Position numbers and translations under genes: made by a program | Notes under the pieces: model-generated | The model's input: the letters and a program-made list of their open reading frames with translations, nothing else | Database searches by the model: none | Told to the model about the DNA's origin: nothing | Origin: an uncultured Actinomycetes bacterium | GTDB taxonomy: Bacteria; Actinomycetota; Thermoleophilia; Gaiellales; Gaiellaceae | NCBI GenBank assembly: GCA_963755635.1 | Contig: CAVWKS010000026.1 | Span: 46,786-110,785 of the forward strand | Direction: 5' to 3' | Length of the DNA stretch: 64,000 bases | Shown here: piece by piece, positions 34,096 through 43,720 of the stretch | Layout: each line of letters begins with the position of its first letter | Numbering within the stretch: position 1 is the first letter of the stretch

Positions 34096-34980
34096 TCACG
34101 TGCGAGAGTCGTTTCGGGCGCGGAGGCGTTCGTCGGCGGCGGCGAGGACGCGGGTTACGTCGCTTCCGAAGCGCGCGTCAAAGCGAGTATCGCCGGCGAG
34201 CAGCGCGTCGATGGCGGCGCCAAAGGCGGCGGCGAGATCAACGTCGCCAGGCATGCGCGCCAATCCTTGGCTGCCCCAGAACAGCACCTCCGTCCGTTCC
34301 ACCGGTGCCGTCAAGCTGAGCGTGACACTGCTGGCCGCGCCCGTCGCATGCCGCAATGCAAGGTGCACCTCGTCGCCCCGTCCGCGGACGGCCGCAACCT
34401 GCTCGACCGAGCCCAGCGTCGGGAGGAGTAGCGCTAGAGCGTGCGGGCCTACATCCCAGAGAGCACCTCTCTCCCGCCGCCACGGCGACTCGCCGAACGG
34501 GTTGCCCGGTTCGAAGATCGACGAAAGGAAGACGACGCTGCCGCCGTCCCAGCCGTGACCGTCGACTTCCGTGCGGAACCATGCGCCGACCCCCGGGTCG
34601 AAGCGACGTGTGAAAAAGACGACCGTCGGCGCGTGTACGGCCTGGACAATCCGGTCGGCCGCCTCGACCGTCAGCGCGAGCGGCTTCTCGAGCAGCAGCG
34701 ATCGACCGGCTTCGGCGGCACGTACGGCCAGCTCGCCCTGGATATCCGGGGGAACCGCAAAGGCGACGGCCTCGACGGCGTCAATCAGCTCGTCGACGTC
34801 GGAGAACGGCTGCGCCGAGTGCTGCGCCGCCAGTGCCGCCGCCTTGGCCGGATCCCGGCCCCAGACACCGACCAGTTCCGTGCGCGGATGAGCAGCGATT
34901 CCAGGCGCATACACGGTCGCGGCCCAGAAGCCGGTACCGATCAGGCCGAACCGCAGCGTTCCCGTCTCCTCTTCCGACAC
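34096..34980 (-). CDS. Gfo/Idh/MocA-family oxidoreductase
   Basis: ORF 34096..34980. It has the Rossmann motif FGLIGTGFWA and the EKP motif (LLEKPLALT). Confidence 0.85.
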   Translation of the reverse strand: MSEEETGTLRFGLIGTGFWAATVYAPGIAAHPRTELVGVWGRDPAKAAALAAQHSAQPFSDVDELIDAVEAVAFAVPPDIQGELAVRAAEAGRSLLLEKPLALTVEAADRIVQAVHAPTVVFFTRRFDPGVGAWFRTEVDGHGWDGGSVVFLSSIFEPGNPFGESPWRRERGALWDVGPHALALLLPTLGSVEQVAAVRGRGDEVHLALRHATGAASSVTLSLTAPVERTEVLFWGSQGLARMPGDVDLAAAFGAAIDALLAGDTRFDARFGSDVTRVLAAADERLRARNDSRT

Positions 34981-35088
34981 GCGGGCAGACTACGCGGCCA
35001 GGCGCGGTTGGTTGGGCCGCCGCGGCGAAGGAGAGCTCTGAACGAAGATCCCAGGCAATAGGTAGTCGACGTAGCTGATTCAACTCAG

Positions 35089-36066
35089 GTGGCGCGCCTC
35101 TACACCGCAACCGGCGACGGCTTCGCCCGACTCGACGAGGCGGGCGAGGCGTGGACGGTCGAGCTCTCCTTGTCTGGAAGCGGCGCGCAGTGCCTCGCCG
35201 TCGACCCGGCCGACCCCGACACCGTCTACGCCGGTCTGCGCGAAGGCGGTGTGCGCCGCAGCGTCGACGGCGGCCGAAGCTGGATCGACTGCAAGGTGCC
35301 CGAGCCGGCGGTGTTCTCGCTCGCCGTCAGCGCCGCCGACGGCGCGGTATACGCGGGCACCGAGCCGAGCCGGCTGTTCCGAAGCGGCGACAAGGGTGAG
35401 AGCTGGCGCGAGCTGAAAGCGCTCCTCGAGCTGCCCTCGCGCCCACACTGGAGCTTCCCGCCGCGGCCGTGGACGTCGCACGTGCGCTGGATCGCCCCCA
35501 GCCCGCACGACGCCGACCTGCTCCTGGTCGGGATCGAGCTGGGCGGCCTGATGCGCTCCAGCGACGGCGGGCAGAGCTGGCAGGACCACCGGCCAGGCGC
35601 GCAACCGGACGTGCACTCCCTCGCCTGGCACCCGCGGGTGCCAGGCCGGGCGTACGAGGCGGGCGGGGGTGGCGCGGCCTTCAGCAGCGACGCCGGCGAG
35701 ACGTGGTACCCGGCCGACAAGGGCCGTGACCGCCACTACACCTGGTCGGTCGCGGTTGACACGGTCGACCCCGACTGCTGGTACGTGTCGGCGAGCACCG
35801 GCCCCTACGCTGCCCACGGCCGCCGCGACCCACAAGCACGTATCTACCGGCAACGCGACGGCGAACCCTGGCAGCCGCTCGCGGGCGGTCTACCCGAGCC
35901 ACTGCCGGCGATGCCCTACGCACTCCTCGCTACCGATGGTCGATTCTTCGCCGGCCTCGCCAACGGGCAGCTCTGGGAGAGCCGCGACGAGGGCGACAGC
36001 TGGGCACCGCTGCGACTCAGCGGGGACCTCCTCGACGCGCTCGTCGCCCTCGGCTACGCGGCTTAA
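35089..36066 (+). CDS. BNR/Asp-box repeat beta-propeller protein
   Basis: ORF 35089..36066 has five SxDxGxxW boxes: SVDGGRSW, SGDKGESW, SSDGGQSW, SSDAGETW and SRDEGDSW. Confidence 0.75.
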   Translation: MARLYTATGDGFARLDEAGEAWTVELSLSGSGAQCLAVDPADPDTVYAGLREGGVRRSVDGGRSWIDCKVPEPAVFSLAVSAADGAVYAGTEPSRLFRSGDKGESWRELKALLELPSRPHWSFPPRPWTSHVRWIAPSPHDADLLLVGIELGGLMRSSDGGQSWQDHRPGAQPDVHSLAWHPRVPGRAYEAGGGGAAFSSDAGETWYPADKGRDRHYTWSVAVDTVDPDCWYVSASTGPYAAHGRRDPQARIYRQRDGEPWQPLAGGLPEPLPAMPYALLATDGRFFAGLANGQLWESRDEGDSWAPLRLSGDLLDALVALGYAA

Positions 36067-36181
36067 CTAACCCCCTCGAACCGCGCGTGGGCGCCGCCTA
36101 CGCCGCGGACGCGGGGATGCGATCGCGCTCAGGGCCGCCAAACAGCGAACGAGCGCTCCAAAACGCCTAGCGTACTTGGCC

Positions 36182-38101
36182 ATGCCGAGAAGCTCGAGCG
36201 GCCCCGGTCCCCGCAGCCCCGAGCCCTCGCCGGGCTCGCGGTTTTCCGGACGAACCGCATGGGCGCGGAACCTGCAGACGCCGCTCCGAGAGTTCCTTCG
36301 GACCGAGACCGGCGGCGCGGTGGCGTTGCTCGCTGCGGCAACTGCCGCCCTGGTCTGGGTGAACGTCGACGCGTCGTCCTATGACTCGCTCTGGCACACG
36401 CAGCTCTCGATCCGGATCGGCGGCGCCGGCGTGACGCTCGACCTCCGCGACTGGGTGAACAAGGGCCTGATGACCTTCTTCTTCCTGGTGTTCGGCCTCG
36501 AGGCCCGACGGGAGTTCGATCTCGGCGAGCTGCGGGACCGACGGCGGTCCGCACTGCCGCTCGTGGCCGGGCTCGTCGGGATGGCTGTGGCGGTGTCCAT
36601 CTATCTCGCCTTCAACGCGGGCCGCTCGTCCGCCCACGCCTGGGGCATCGCGATGTCGACCGATACGGCCTTCGCCCTCGGCCTCCTCGCGCTCGTGGGC
36701 CCGCGCTTTCCCGACCGGCTGCGCGCGTACATGCTCACCGTCCTCGTTGTAGATGACGTCGCCTCACTCGCCGTGATCGTGGCTGTGTACACGGAGACGT
36801 TGAGGGTCGCGCCACTCCTCGCGGCTGCCGGCTTCTACCTGGTCGTCCTCGTCCTGAGGAGCATTCCCGTACGCGCCGGCATCCTCTACTTCCTTCTCGG
36901 AGTCGGCGCCTGGGTGGGCCTGCTCAAGTCCGGGGTGGACCCGGTCGTGATCGGCTTGGCGATGGGCATTCTGGCGTACGCGTATCCCGCGGAGCGGCCG
37001 AGCCTCGAACGCGCGACGGAACGATTCCGCGAGTTCCGTGAGCAACCCTCGGCGGAGCTCGCCCGCTCGGTCGGCGTGCAGCTGAGGTCGGCTACGTCGG
37101 TCAACGAGCGGCTGCAGCAGCTCTATCACCCCTGGACGAGCTACGCGATCGTGCCCGTGTTCGCCCTTGCGAACGCAGGTATAGCGCTGAACGGCGCTCT
37201 CCTGGCGCGAGCGTTCACCTCGCCGATCACGCTCGGGATCTTGCTCGGCTACGTCGTCGGCAAGCCGGTCGGCATCCTGGGCGGCTCTGCCCTCGTCACG
37301 CGGCTGAGCCGGGGGCGCCTGCGGCCACCGGTGGGCTGGGCCGCCGTCGGCGGCGCAGGCACGATCGCCGGCGCCGGATTCACAATCGCCTTGCTGATCG
37401 CCGCCCTCGCATTGGACGGGCCGCGGCTGGAGGAGGCAAAGGTAGGCATTCTGAGCGCCGTTCTCGTCGCTGCGATCGCGACCTGGCTGCTGTTCCGCGC
37501 GACCGCGCTTCTGCCTAGGCCGTTGAGGATCCGCGCCCTGCTCGGAACGGCGGAGCCGCTTGTCGATCTCGACAGAGACGTCGACCCTGACCGCGACCAC
37601 GTTCGCGGCCCGCGCGATGCGCCGGTGACCTTGGTCGAATACGGCGACTTCGAGTGCCCGTATTGCGGCAGAGCCGAGCCGGTCGTTCGGGAGCTCCTGG
37701 GCGACTTCGGCGACGTCCGCTATGTCTGGCGCCACCTGCCGCTGAGCGACGTCCACCCGAACGCCCAGCTCGCCGCGGAGGCATCCGAGGCCGCGGCCAA
37801 CCAGGGCGCCTTTTGGGAGATGCACAACGTGCTGTTCGAGCATCAGGATGCACTCGGCCCTGACGACCTGGTCGCGTACGCCGGGCAGCTCGGCCTCGAC
37901 GTCGAACGGTTCTCGGATGACCTTCGCCGGCATGCGGGCTCGGCCCACATTGCCGAAGACGTCGACAGCGCGGACCTCAGCGGCGTCTCGGGCACACCGA
38001 CCTTCTTCATCAACGGACAACGCCACTTTGGCGCCTACGACATCGACACTCTCTCCAAGGCGGTGCACACCGCCGGCGCTCGCGCGACGATCAGGAAGTG
38101 A
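36182..38101 (+). CDS. nhaA: Na+/H+ antiporter NhaA fused to a C-terminal DsbA-like thioredoxin-fold domain
   Basis: ATG 36182 lies in ORF 36176..38101. NhaA motifs are WVNKGLMTFFFLVFGLEARRE and STDTAFALGLLALVG. The C-terminal domain has VTLVEYGDFECPYCGRAEP. Confidence 0.9.
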   Translation: MPRSSSGPGPRSPEPSPGSRFSGRTAWARNLQTPLREFLRTETGGAVALLAAATAALVWVNVDASSYDSLWHTQLSIRIGGAGVTLDLRDWVNKGLMTFFFLVFGLEARREFDLGELRDRRRSALPLVAGLVGMAVAVSIYLAFNAGRSSAHAWGIAMSTDTAFALGLLALVGPRFPDRLRAYMLTVLVVDDVASLAVIVAVYTETLRVAPLLAAAGFYLVVLVLRSIPVRAGILYFLLGVGAWVGLLKSGVDPVVIGLAMGILAYAYPAERPSLERATERFREFREQPSAELARSVGVQLRSATSVNERLQQLYHPWTSYAIVPVFALANAGIALNGALLARAFTSPITLGILLGYVVGKPVGILGGSALVTRLSRGRLRPPVGWAAVGGAGTIAGAGFTIALLIAALALDGPRLEEAKVGILSAVLVAAIATWLLFRATALLPRPLRIRALLGTAEPLVDLDRDVDPDRDHVRGPRDAPVTLVEYGDFECPYCGRAEPVVRELLGDFGDVRYVWRHLPLSDVHPNAQLAAEASEAAANQGAFWEMHNVLFEHQDALGPDDLVAYAGQLGLDVERFSDDLRRHAGSAHIAEDVDSADLSGVSGTPTFFINGQRHFGAYDIDTLSKAVHTAGARATIRK

Positions 38102-38323
38102 GAAAGGAGCGGGCGTCCCGAGCCGGCCCGCGATCCTGCAGATTGCGCGCACTCAGGCCCGGTGTGGCAGTCGGAGAGGGAATTTCGGAATCCGCGGCAA
38201 GGGCTGAGGCGTGAGCGGGCCCCCCGGTCGCAGCGAAGGGGAGTTCGCGATCGCCGGCGCGACGCAGACGCATCCCGTCCTGCAAGCCCGATCTAATCGA
38301 TCGCGAGGCGTAGGATCACGGCG

Positions 38324-39340
38324 ATGCCGGTGGAGGCGATCAACAGGCAGGTGACGCTCGCCGTGCGCCCGGTCGGGGAGCCGAAGGAGTCGGATTTCGC
38401 GCTCGTCGAGGCGGCCCCTCCGGAGCCGGCCGAGGGCGAGGTGCTGGCCCGGATCCTCTGGCTCTCGCTCGATCCGTATCAGCGCGGCCGCATGAGCGAA
38501 GCGCGCTCCTACGCGCGGCCGGCCGAGCTCGGCGAGGTGATGCCGGCTCAGGCGGTGGGCGAGGTTGTCGAGAGCCGCTCCTCGCAGCTGAGCCCCGGCG
38601 ACATCGTCATGGGGCCGTTCGGCTGGCAGGAGCTCGCCGTAGCGCCGGCGCACCTGCTTCGCCGGATCGACCCTGAAGCGGCGCCGATCTCGACCGCGCT
38701 GCATGTCCTCGGGATGACCGGGCTGACCGCGTACTTCGGCCTCTTCGAGGTCGGCCGCCCGCTGCCGGGCGACACCGTAGTCGTGTCCGCGGCTTCGGGG
38801 GCCGTCGGCCAGGTCGTAGGCCAGCTCGCGCGCCTGGCGGGGTGCCACACGGTCGGAATCGCCGGCTCGCCCGAGAAGGTCGACGATCTCCTGACGCTCT
38901 ATCGCTATGACGCCGGCATCGACTACAAGCGGGACGATCTCTCGCAGGCGCTGAAGCGCGAATGCGCGAACGGCGTCGACGTCTACTTCGACAACGTCGG
39001 CGGCGAGGTCTCGGCAGCGGTGCACCGGCGCCTCGCGAGAGGTGCGCGCATCGTGATCTGCGGCCAGATCGCGGAGTACAACCAGGAGCCGCTGCAGCGC
39101 GGCCCGCGCAGCCTCGGCTTCCTGATCGTCTACCGCGCGCGGATGCAGGGCTTCCTCGTCTACGACTACGCGCACCTGCACGAGCCCGCGCTCCGGCGCC
39201 TCTCCCGCTGGCTCGCCGACGGGGAGCTGCACTATCGCGAGGACGTCGTGGAGGGGCTCGAGGGGGCTCCGCGTGCCTTCATCGGGCTGTTTCGCGGTGA
39301 GAACCGCGGCAAGCTGCTCGTGAAGGTGGCCGAGCAGTGA
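38324..39340 (+). CDS. NADP-dependent oxidoreductase of the MDR superfamily (alkenal/enone reductase, YncB/CurA-like)
   Basis: ORF 38324..39340. It has the AASGAVGQVVGQLA nucleotide motif and no zinc ligands. Confidence 0.85.
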   Translation: MPVEAINRQVTLAVRPVGEPKESDFALVEAAPPEPAEGEVLARILWLSLDPYQRGRMSEARSYARPAELGEVMPAQAVGEVVESRSSQLSPGDIVMGPFGWQELAVAPAHLLRRIDPEAAPISTALHVLGMTGLTAYFGLFEVGRPLPGDTVVVSAASGAVGQVVGQLARLAGCHTVGIAGSPEKVDDLLTLYRYDAGIDYKRDDLSQALKRECANGVDVYFDNVGGEVSAAVHRRLARGARIVICGQIAEYNQEPLQRGPRSLGFLIVYRARMQGFLVYDYAHLHEPALRRLSRWLADGELHYREDVVEGLEGAPRAFIGLFRGENRGKLLVKVAEQ

Positions 39341-40482
39341 GGTTCGAGGGCACCGAGGTCCAGAACGCGATCTACCTCTCCGGCGCCGCCGAGTGGCCGG
39401 TCTCGCCGGCCGACTGGGAGGCCCGCGCGCAGGAGGCGCTCGAGCCAGGACCCTTCGGCTACATCGCCGGCGGGGCGGGCGGCGAGCTGACGATGCGCGC
39501 CAACCGCGAGGCGTTCGACCGCCGGCGCCTGCGCCCGCGGATGCTGACCGGGAACCGCGAGCGGGAGCTGTCGGTCGAGGTGCTGGGCACGCGCTCCCCG
39601 GCGCCGTTCTTCCTGGCCCCGATCGGCGTGCTCACGATCGCCCACCCGGACGGCGAGCTGGCCGCGGCCCGGGCCGCGGCCGCCACCGGCGTGCCCTACA
39701 TCCTCTCGAGCGCGGCGTCGTATTCGATCGAGGAGGTCGCCGAGGCGATGGGCGACGCGCCGCGCTGGTTCCAGCTCTACTGGATCAACGACCGCGACGT
39801 GGCCGCGAGCTTCGTCGCCCGCGCGGCGGCGGCCGGCTACGGCGCGATCGTGCTCACGCTGGACACGCTCATCCTCGGCTGGCGGCCACGCGACCTGGCG
39901 AACGCCTACCTCCCCTTCCTGAGCGGGCAGGGCTGCGCCCAGTTCTTCAGCGACCCGGTCTTCTGCAAGCGGCTGGCTCAGCCGCCGCAGGAGGACCTGC
40001 TCACGGCGGCCGGGACGATGCTCGCCACCTTCCCCAACCTGGGCCTCACGTGGGACGACCTCGCCTGGCTGCGCGAGCAGGTCGACATGCCGCTCCTCGT
40101 CAAGGGCGTGCTGACGGCGGAGGATGCGCTCCGCGCCCGCGACTGCGGCGTCGACGGCGTGATCGTCTCCAACCACGGCGGGCGCCAGGTCGACGGAGCG
40201 GTCGGCGCGCTCGACGCCTACGTCGAGGTCCGCGAGGCACTGGGGGCGTCGGCGACCGTACTCGTGGACGGCGGGATCCGAACCGGCGCCGATGTGCTGA
40301 AGGCGATGGCGCTGGGGGCGGATGCCGTCCTGCTCGGCCGCCCGTACGCCTACGGCCTCGCGGTGGGCGGGCAGCAGGGCGTCGAGACCGTCATCCGGCA
40401 ACTAGTCGCCGAGACCGACATCACGCTCGCGCTGCTCGGCGGCCACTCCGTCCGCGACCTCGAGCCGTCGTTCCTTGCCTGA
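39337..40482 (+). CDS. FMN-dependent alpha-hydroxy-acid oxidising enzyme (lactate 2-monooxygenase/LldD-like)
   Basis: ORF 39337..40482. FQLYW, VSNHGGRQVD and GGIRTGADVLKA are the family motifs. It has a 4-nt overlap with the upstream gene. Confidence 0.85.
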   Translation: MRFEGTEVQNAIYLSGAAEWPVSPADWEARAQEALEPGPFGYIAGGAGGELTMRANREAFDRRRLRPRMLTGNRERELSVEVLGTRSPAPFFLAPIGVLTIAHPDGELAAARAAAATGVPYILSSAASYSIEEVAEAMGDAPRWFQLYWINDRDVAASFVARAAAAGYGAIVLTLDTLILGWRPRDLANAYLPFLSGQGCAQFFSDPVFCKRLAQPPQEDLLTAAGTMLATFPNLGLTWDDLAWLREQVDMPLLVKGVLTAEDALRARDCGVDGVIVSNHGGRQVDGAVGALDAYVEVREALGASATVLVDGGIRTGADVLKAMALGADAVLLGRPYAYGLAVGGQQGVETVIRQLVAETDITLALLGGHSVRDLEPSFLA

Positions 40483-41575
40483 GCGCAGCGGGCAGGGCGT
40501 GCTCCTGAACGCCCCCGGAGAGCCGATCGCCGTCGAGGAGCTCTCGCTCGCCGGCCCCGGCCCCGGCGAGGTGCAGGTGCGGCTCACCGCCAGCGGCGTC
40601 TGCCACACCGACCTGCACGTGATCGAGACGGGCGGGTGGGGGATGCCGCCGCCGGTGCTGCTCGGCCACGAGGGCGCGGGCGTCGTCGAGGAGGTCGGCG
40701 ACGGCGTCGAGGGGCTCGCGCCCGGCGATCCCGTCGTGCTCGCCTGGCGCGCGCCGTGCGGGTCGTGCCCTGCCTGCGTCCGCGGCGACCCCCGCCGGTG
40801 CCGGAGCCCACTGCGGGCCCGCCGCCGGATCGCCCGTGCCCGCGATGGGGCCAAGGTCATGCAGACCCTGCTCCTCGGAACCTTCGCCACGCGCACGAAC
40901 GTCCACGCCGCCTGCGCGGTCAAGGTGCCGGCGGAGCTCCCTCCCGAGCAGGCCTGCTTGATCGGCTGCGCGCTCGCGACCGGCGTCGGCTCGGTGCTGA
41001 ACACGAGCCGGCCGTGGCCGGGGGCGAGCGTGGCCGTCATCGGCTGCGGCGCGGTCGGGCTCAGCGTCGTCCAGGGCGCGCGGCTCGCGGGGGCCGAGCG
41101 CATCTTCGCCGTGGACCTGCTGCCGCGGAAGCTCGAATGGGCGCTCGAATTCGGCGCGACCGACGCGGTCGACGCGAGCGCCGGGGACCCGGTGGAGGCC
41201 GTGCGCGAGATCACCGGCGGCGAGGGCGTGGACTTCTCCTACGAGGCGGTCGGCCGTCCCGAGACGGCCGAGCAGGCCGTGCGGATGCTCGGGCATGCCG
41301 GCACCGCGACGCTGATCGGCATCCCCAGGCCGGAGCAGCGCGTCTCGCTCGACCTGGAGAAGGAGCTGTTCGAGCCGCGGGTCACGATCCGCGTCTCCCA
41401 CGGCGGCGACCATCTTCCCGCGGAGGACTTTCCGCTGCTCGCGGGCCTGGCCCTCGAGGGGAAGCTCGACCTGGAGCGCATGGTCACGCGCCTCATCGCC
41501 CTGGACGAGGTCGACCGCGCGTTCCGCGATCTCGAGGCGGGCGAGGTCATCCGCTCGGTGATCCGCTTCGACTGA
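40475..41575 (+). CDS. zinc-dependent alcohol dehydrogenase (class III-like)
   Basis: ORF 40475..41575. It has GVCHTDLH, GHEGAGVVEEVG, the structural Zn cysteines CGSCPACVRGDPRRC, and GCGAVGLS. Confidence 0.85.
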   Translation: MPERSGQGVLLNAPGEPIAVEELSLAGPGPGEVQVRLTASGVCHTDLHVIETGGWGMPPPVLLGHEGAGVVEEVGDGVEGLAPGDPVVLAWRAPCGSCPACVRGDPRRCRSPLRARRRIARARDGAKVMQTLLLGTFATRTNVHAACAVKVPAELPPEQACLIGCALATGVGSVLNTSRPWPGASVAVIGCGAVGLSVVQGARLAGAERIFAVDLLPRKLEWALEFGATDAVDASAGDPVEAVREITGGEGVDFSYEAVGRPETAEQAVRMLGHAGTATLIGIPRPEQRVSLDLEKELFEPRVTIRVSHGGDHLPAEDFPLLAGLALEGKLDLERMVTRLIALDEVDRAFRDLEAGEVIRSVIRFD

Positions 41576-41597
41576 AGGCCGGAAGTACAGTACGCGC

Positions 41598-42749
41598 GTG
41601 GATCTCCGCGATTCCCCAGACGAGGCGGCGTTCCGCACCCAGGTCAGGGAGTGGCTCGAAGCGAACCTGTCCGAAGAGCTGCGCGGCGGCCGCTCGGGCG
41701 AGCGGCGCTTCGAAGGGATCGGCCGGGAGTGGAGCCGCAAGCTCCACGAGGCCGGCTACGCGGGGCTGACCTGGCCGAAGGAGTACGGCGGCGGCGGCGC
41801 CCCCTACAGCTACCAGGCGATCCTCCTCGAGGAGAGCGCGCTGGCCGAGGCGCCGCAGCACATCGGCGTGATCGGCCTCGGCATGGCGGGGCCGACGATC
41901 ATCGCCCACGGCACCGAGGAGCAGAAGCGCCGGTACCCGCCGAAGATCCTGTCCGCGGAAGAGATCTGGTGCCAGGGCTTCTCCGAGCCCGGCGCCGGCT
42001 CCGATCTCGCGTCCGTCCGGACCCGCGCCGAACAGCGGGACGGCGTCTTCGTCGTCAACGGGCAGAAGGTCTGGTCGTCCTTCGCCCACCTCGCCGACTG
42101 GTGCATCCTGCTCGCGCGCGGAGACCCGGAGTCCGAGCTCCACGCCGGCCTCACGTACCTGATCGTCGACATGCACGCGCCCGGCGTCGAGGTCCGTCCG
42201 CTGCGGCAGCTCACGGGCGAGTCGGAGTTCAACGAGATCTTCTTCACCGACGTCGAGGTGCCAGCGGAGAACCTCATCGGCACTGTCGGCGAGGGCTGGA
42301 CGGTCGCAATGACGACGCTGCTCCACGAGCGCGGCACGCTCGGCTTCGCGCTGACCGGCGTGCTCGAGGTGGCGGTGAGCAAGCTGGTCGCGCTCACCCG
42401 CGCCCGGGGCGTCGACGACCCGCTGCTGCTCGACCGGGTCGCGCGTGAGTGGATCGAGCTGCAGGCGCTCAAGCTCACCAACAACCGCGCACTGGCGCAG
42501 CTGATGCGGACGGGCATCCCCGGTCCCGAAGGCTCAGTGGCGAAGCTCCACTGGTCGGAGGCGAACCAGCGCCTGACCAAACTCGCCCTCGAGATCCTCG
42601 GCGAGGAGGCGCAGGTGCGCTCGGCGGACGGCAGCGACTGGCAGTACCAGCAGCTGCGCAGCCGCGGCAACACGATCGAGGCCGGCACCTCGGAGATCCT
42701 CCGCAACATCGTCGCCGAGCGCGTCCTCGGCCTGCCGCGGGGCCGCTGA
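41598..42749 (+). CDS. acyl-CoA dehydrogenase (large partner of an adjacent FadE pair)
   Basis: ORF 41598..42749. ACAD motifs are WCQGFSEPGAGSDLAS and NGQKVWSS, with a C-terminal GTSEILRNIVAERVLGLP. Confidence 0.9.
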   Translation: MDLRDSPDEAAFRTQVREWLEANLSEELRGGRSGERRFEGIGREWSRKLHEAGYAGLTWPKEYGGGGAPYSYQAILLEESALAEAPQHIGVIGLGMAGPTIIAHGTEEQKRRYPPKILSAEEIWCQGFSEPGAGSDLASVRTRAEQRDGVFVVNGQKVWSSFAHLADWCILLARGDPESELHAGLTYLIVDMHAPGVEVRPLRQLTGESEFNEIFFTDVEVPAENLIGTVGEGWTVAMTTLLHERGTLGFALTGVLEVAVSKLVALTRARGVDDPLLLDRVAREWIELQALKLTNNRALAQLMRTGIPGPEGSVAKLHWSEANQRLTKLALEILGEEAQVRSADGSDWQYQQLRSRGNTIEAGTSEILRNIVAERVLGLPRGR

Positions 42750-43720
42750 TGGACTTCTCCTTCACCGATGTGCAGCAGGAGCTTCGGGCGCAGGCGCGCT
42801 CCTATCTCGCCGAGCGCTGCCCGCCCGAGCGGGTCGCCGAGCTCGCCGACTCGGCGGAAGGCTGGGATCCGGGCTCGTGGCGCGAGCTCGCCGAGCTGGG
42901 CTGGCTCGGCGTCTCGGTGCCGGAGGAGCTCGGTGGCGCAGGACTCGGCTTCGTCGAGGAGGCCGTCCTGCTCGAGGAGCTCGGGCGCGCCCTCTATCCG
43001 GGGCCGTACTTCTCGACCGTCGCCCTCGCTCTGCCGGCGCTCGGCCCCGAGGAGCTCACCCAGGTCGCCGCGGGCGAGGCGCGCTGGTCGGTCTCGCTGG
43101 AGGGAGCGCTCGTCCCGGACCTCGGCATCGTCGACCGCGTCGTCGTCGTCGAGGACGGCGAGGCGCGCGCGGTGCCCGCGCGGGGTGAGGTGCTCGAGAC
43201 GATGGACTCGACGCGCAGGCTGGGGCGCCTGGAGCCGGAGGACGGCACGCCGCTCGCGGGCGACGTTTCGACGCTGCGGCCCCGCGCCTTCGCGGCGCTC
43301 GCCGTCGAGGCGGTCGGGATCGCCGAGCGGGCGCTCGAGCTGGGCGTCGAGCACGCGAAGACGCGCGAGCAGTTCGGGCGTCCCATCGGGGTCTACCAGG
43401 CTGTCTCCCACAGGCTCGCCGACACCTACGCGGAGACGCAGCTGGCGAGATCGCTCGCTTACTGGGCGGTGTGGTGCGTCGCCGAGCGAGACCCCCAGGC
43501 GCCGGTCGCAGCCGCTGCCGCGAAGTCATACGCGGCCGAGGCCGCCGTGGCCGCCTGCGAGCGCTCGATCCAGGTGCTCGGCGGCACGGGCTTCACCTGG
43601 GAGCACCCGCTGCACCGCTACTACAAGCGGGCGGAGTGGATCGAGTCGTTCGGCGGCTTCCCGGCAGCGCTCCGCGCCGAAGTCGCCGAGGCGCTCCTCG
43701 GCGCCCCTGCACCGGTGTGA
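42749..43720 (+). CDS. acyl-CoA dehydrogenase-family protein (shorter partner of the FadE pair)
   Basis: ATG 42749 overlaps the upstream TGA. The 323-aa product has the ACAD C-terminal region QVLGGTGFTWEHPLHRYYKRA. Confidence 0.85.
   Translation: MDFSFTDVQQELRAQARSYLAERCPPERVAELADSAEGWDPGSWRELAELGWLGVSVPEELGGAGLGFVEEAVLLEELGRALYPGPYFSTVALALPALGPEELTQVAAGEARWSVSLEGALVPDLGIVDRVVVVEDGEARAVPARGEVLETMDSTRRLGRLEPEDGTPLAGDVSTLRPRAFAALAVEAVGIAERALELGVEHAKTREQFGRPIGVYQAVSHRLADTYAETQLARSLAYWAVWCVAERDPQAPVAAAAAKSYAAEAAVAACERSIQVLGGTGFTWEHPLHRYYKRAEWIESFGGFPAALRAEVAEALLGAPAPV

Noticed and set aside
15853-38101. The whole left half as an LHR/tLST-like heat-resistance island. It contains hsp20, a ClpK-like gene, hdeD, a thioredoxin and a cation/proton antiporter.
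   Set aside because: The genes are dispersed over more than 20 kb, lie on different strands and are interleaved with unrelated genes. No mobility genes or flanking repeats are present. Only the hsp20/Clp pair is retained as a finding.
38102-38323. A riboswitch or small RNA in the 222-nt gap upstream of the catabolic operon.
   Set aside because: I saw only a weak GCGGGC...GCCCGC hairpin after nhaA. No conserved riboswitch core motifs or extended structure were recognisable by eye.
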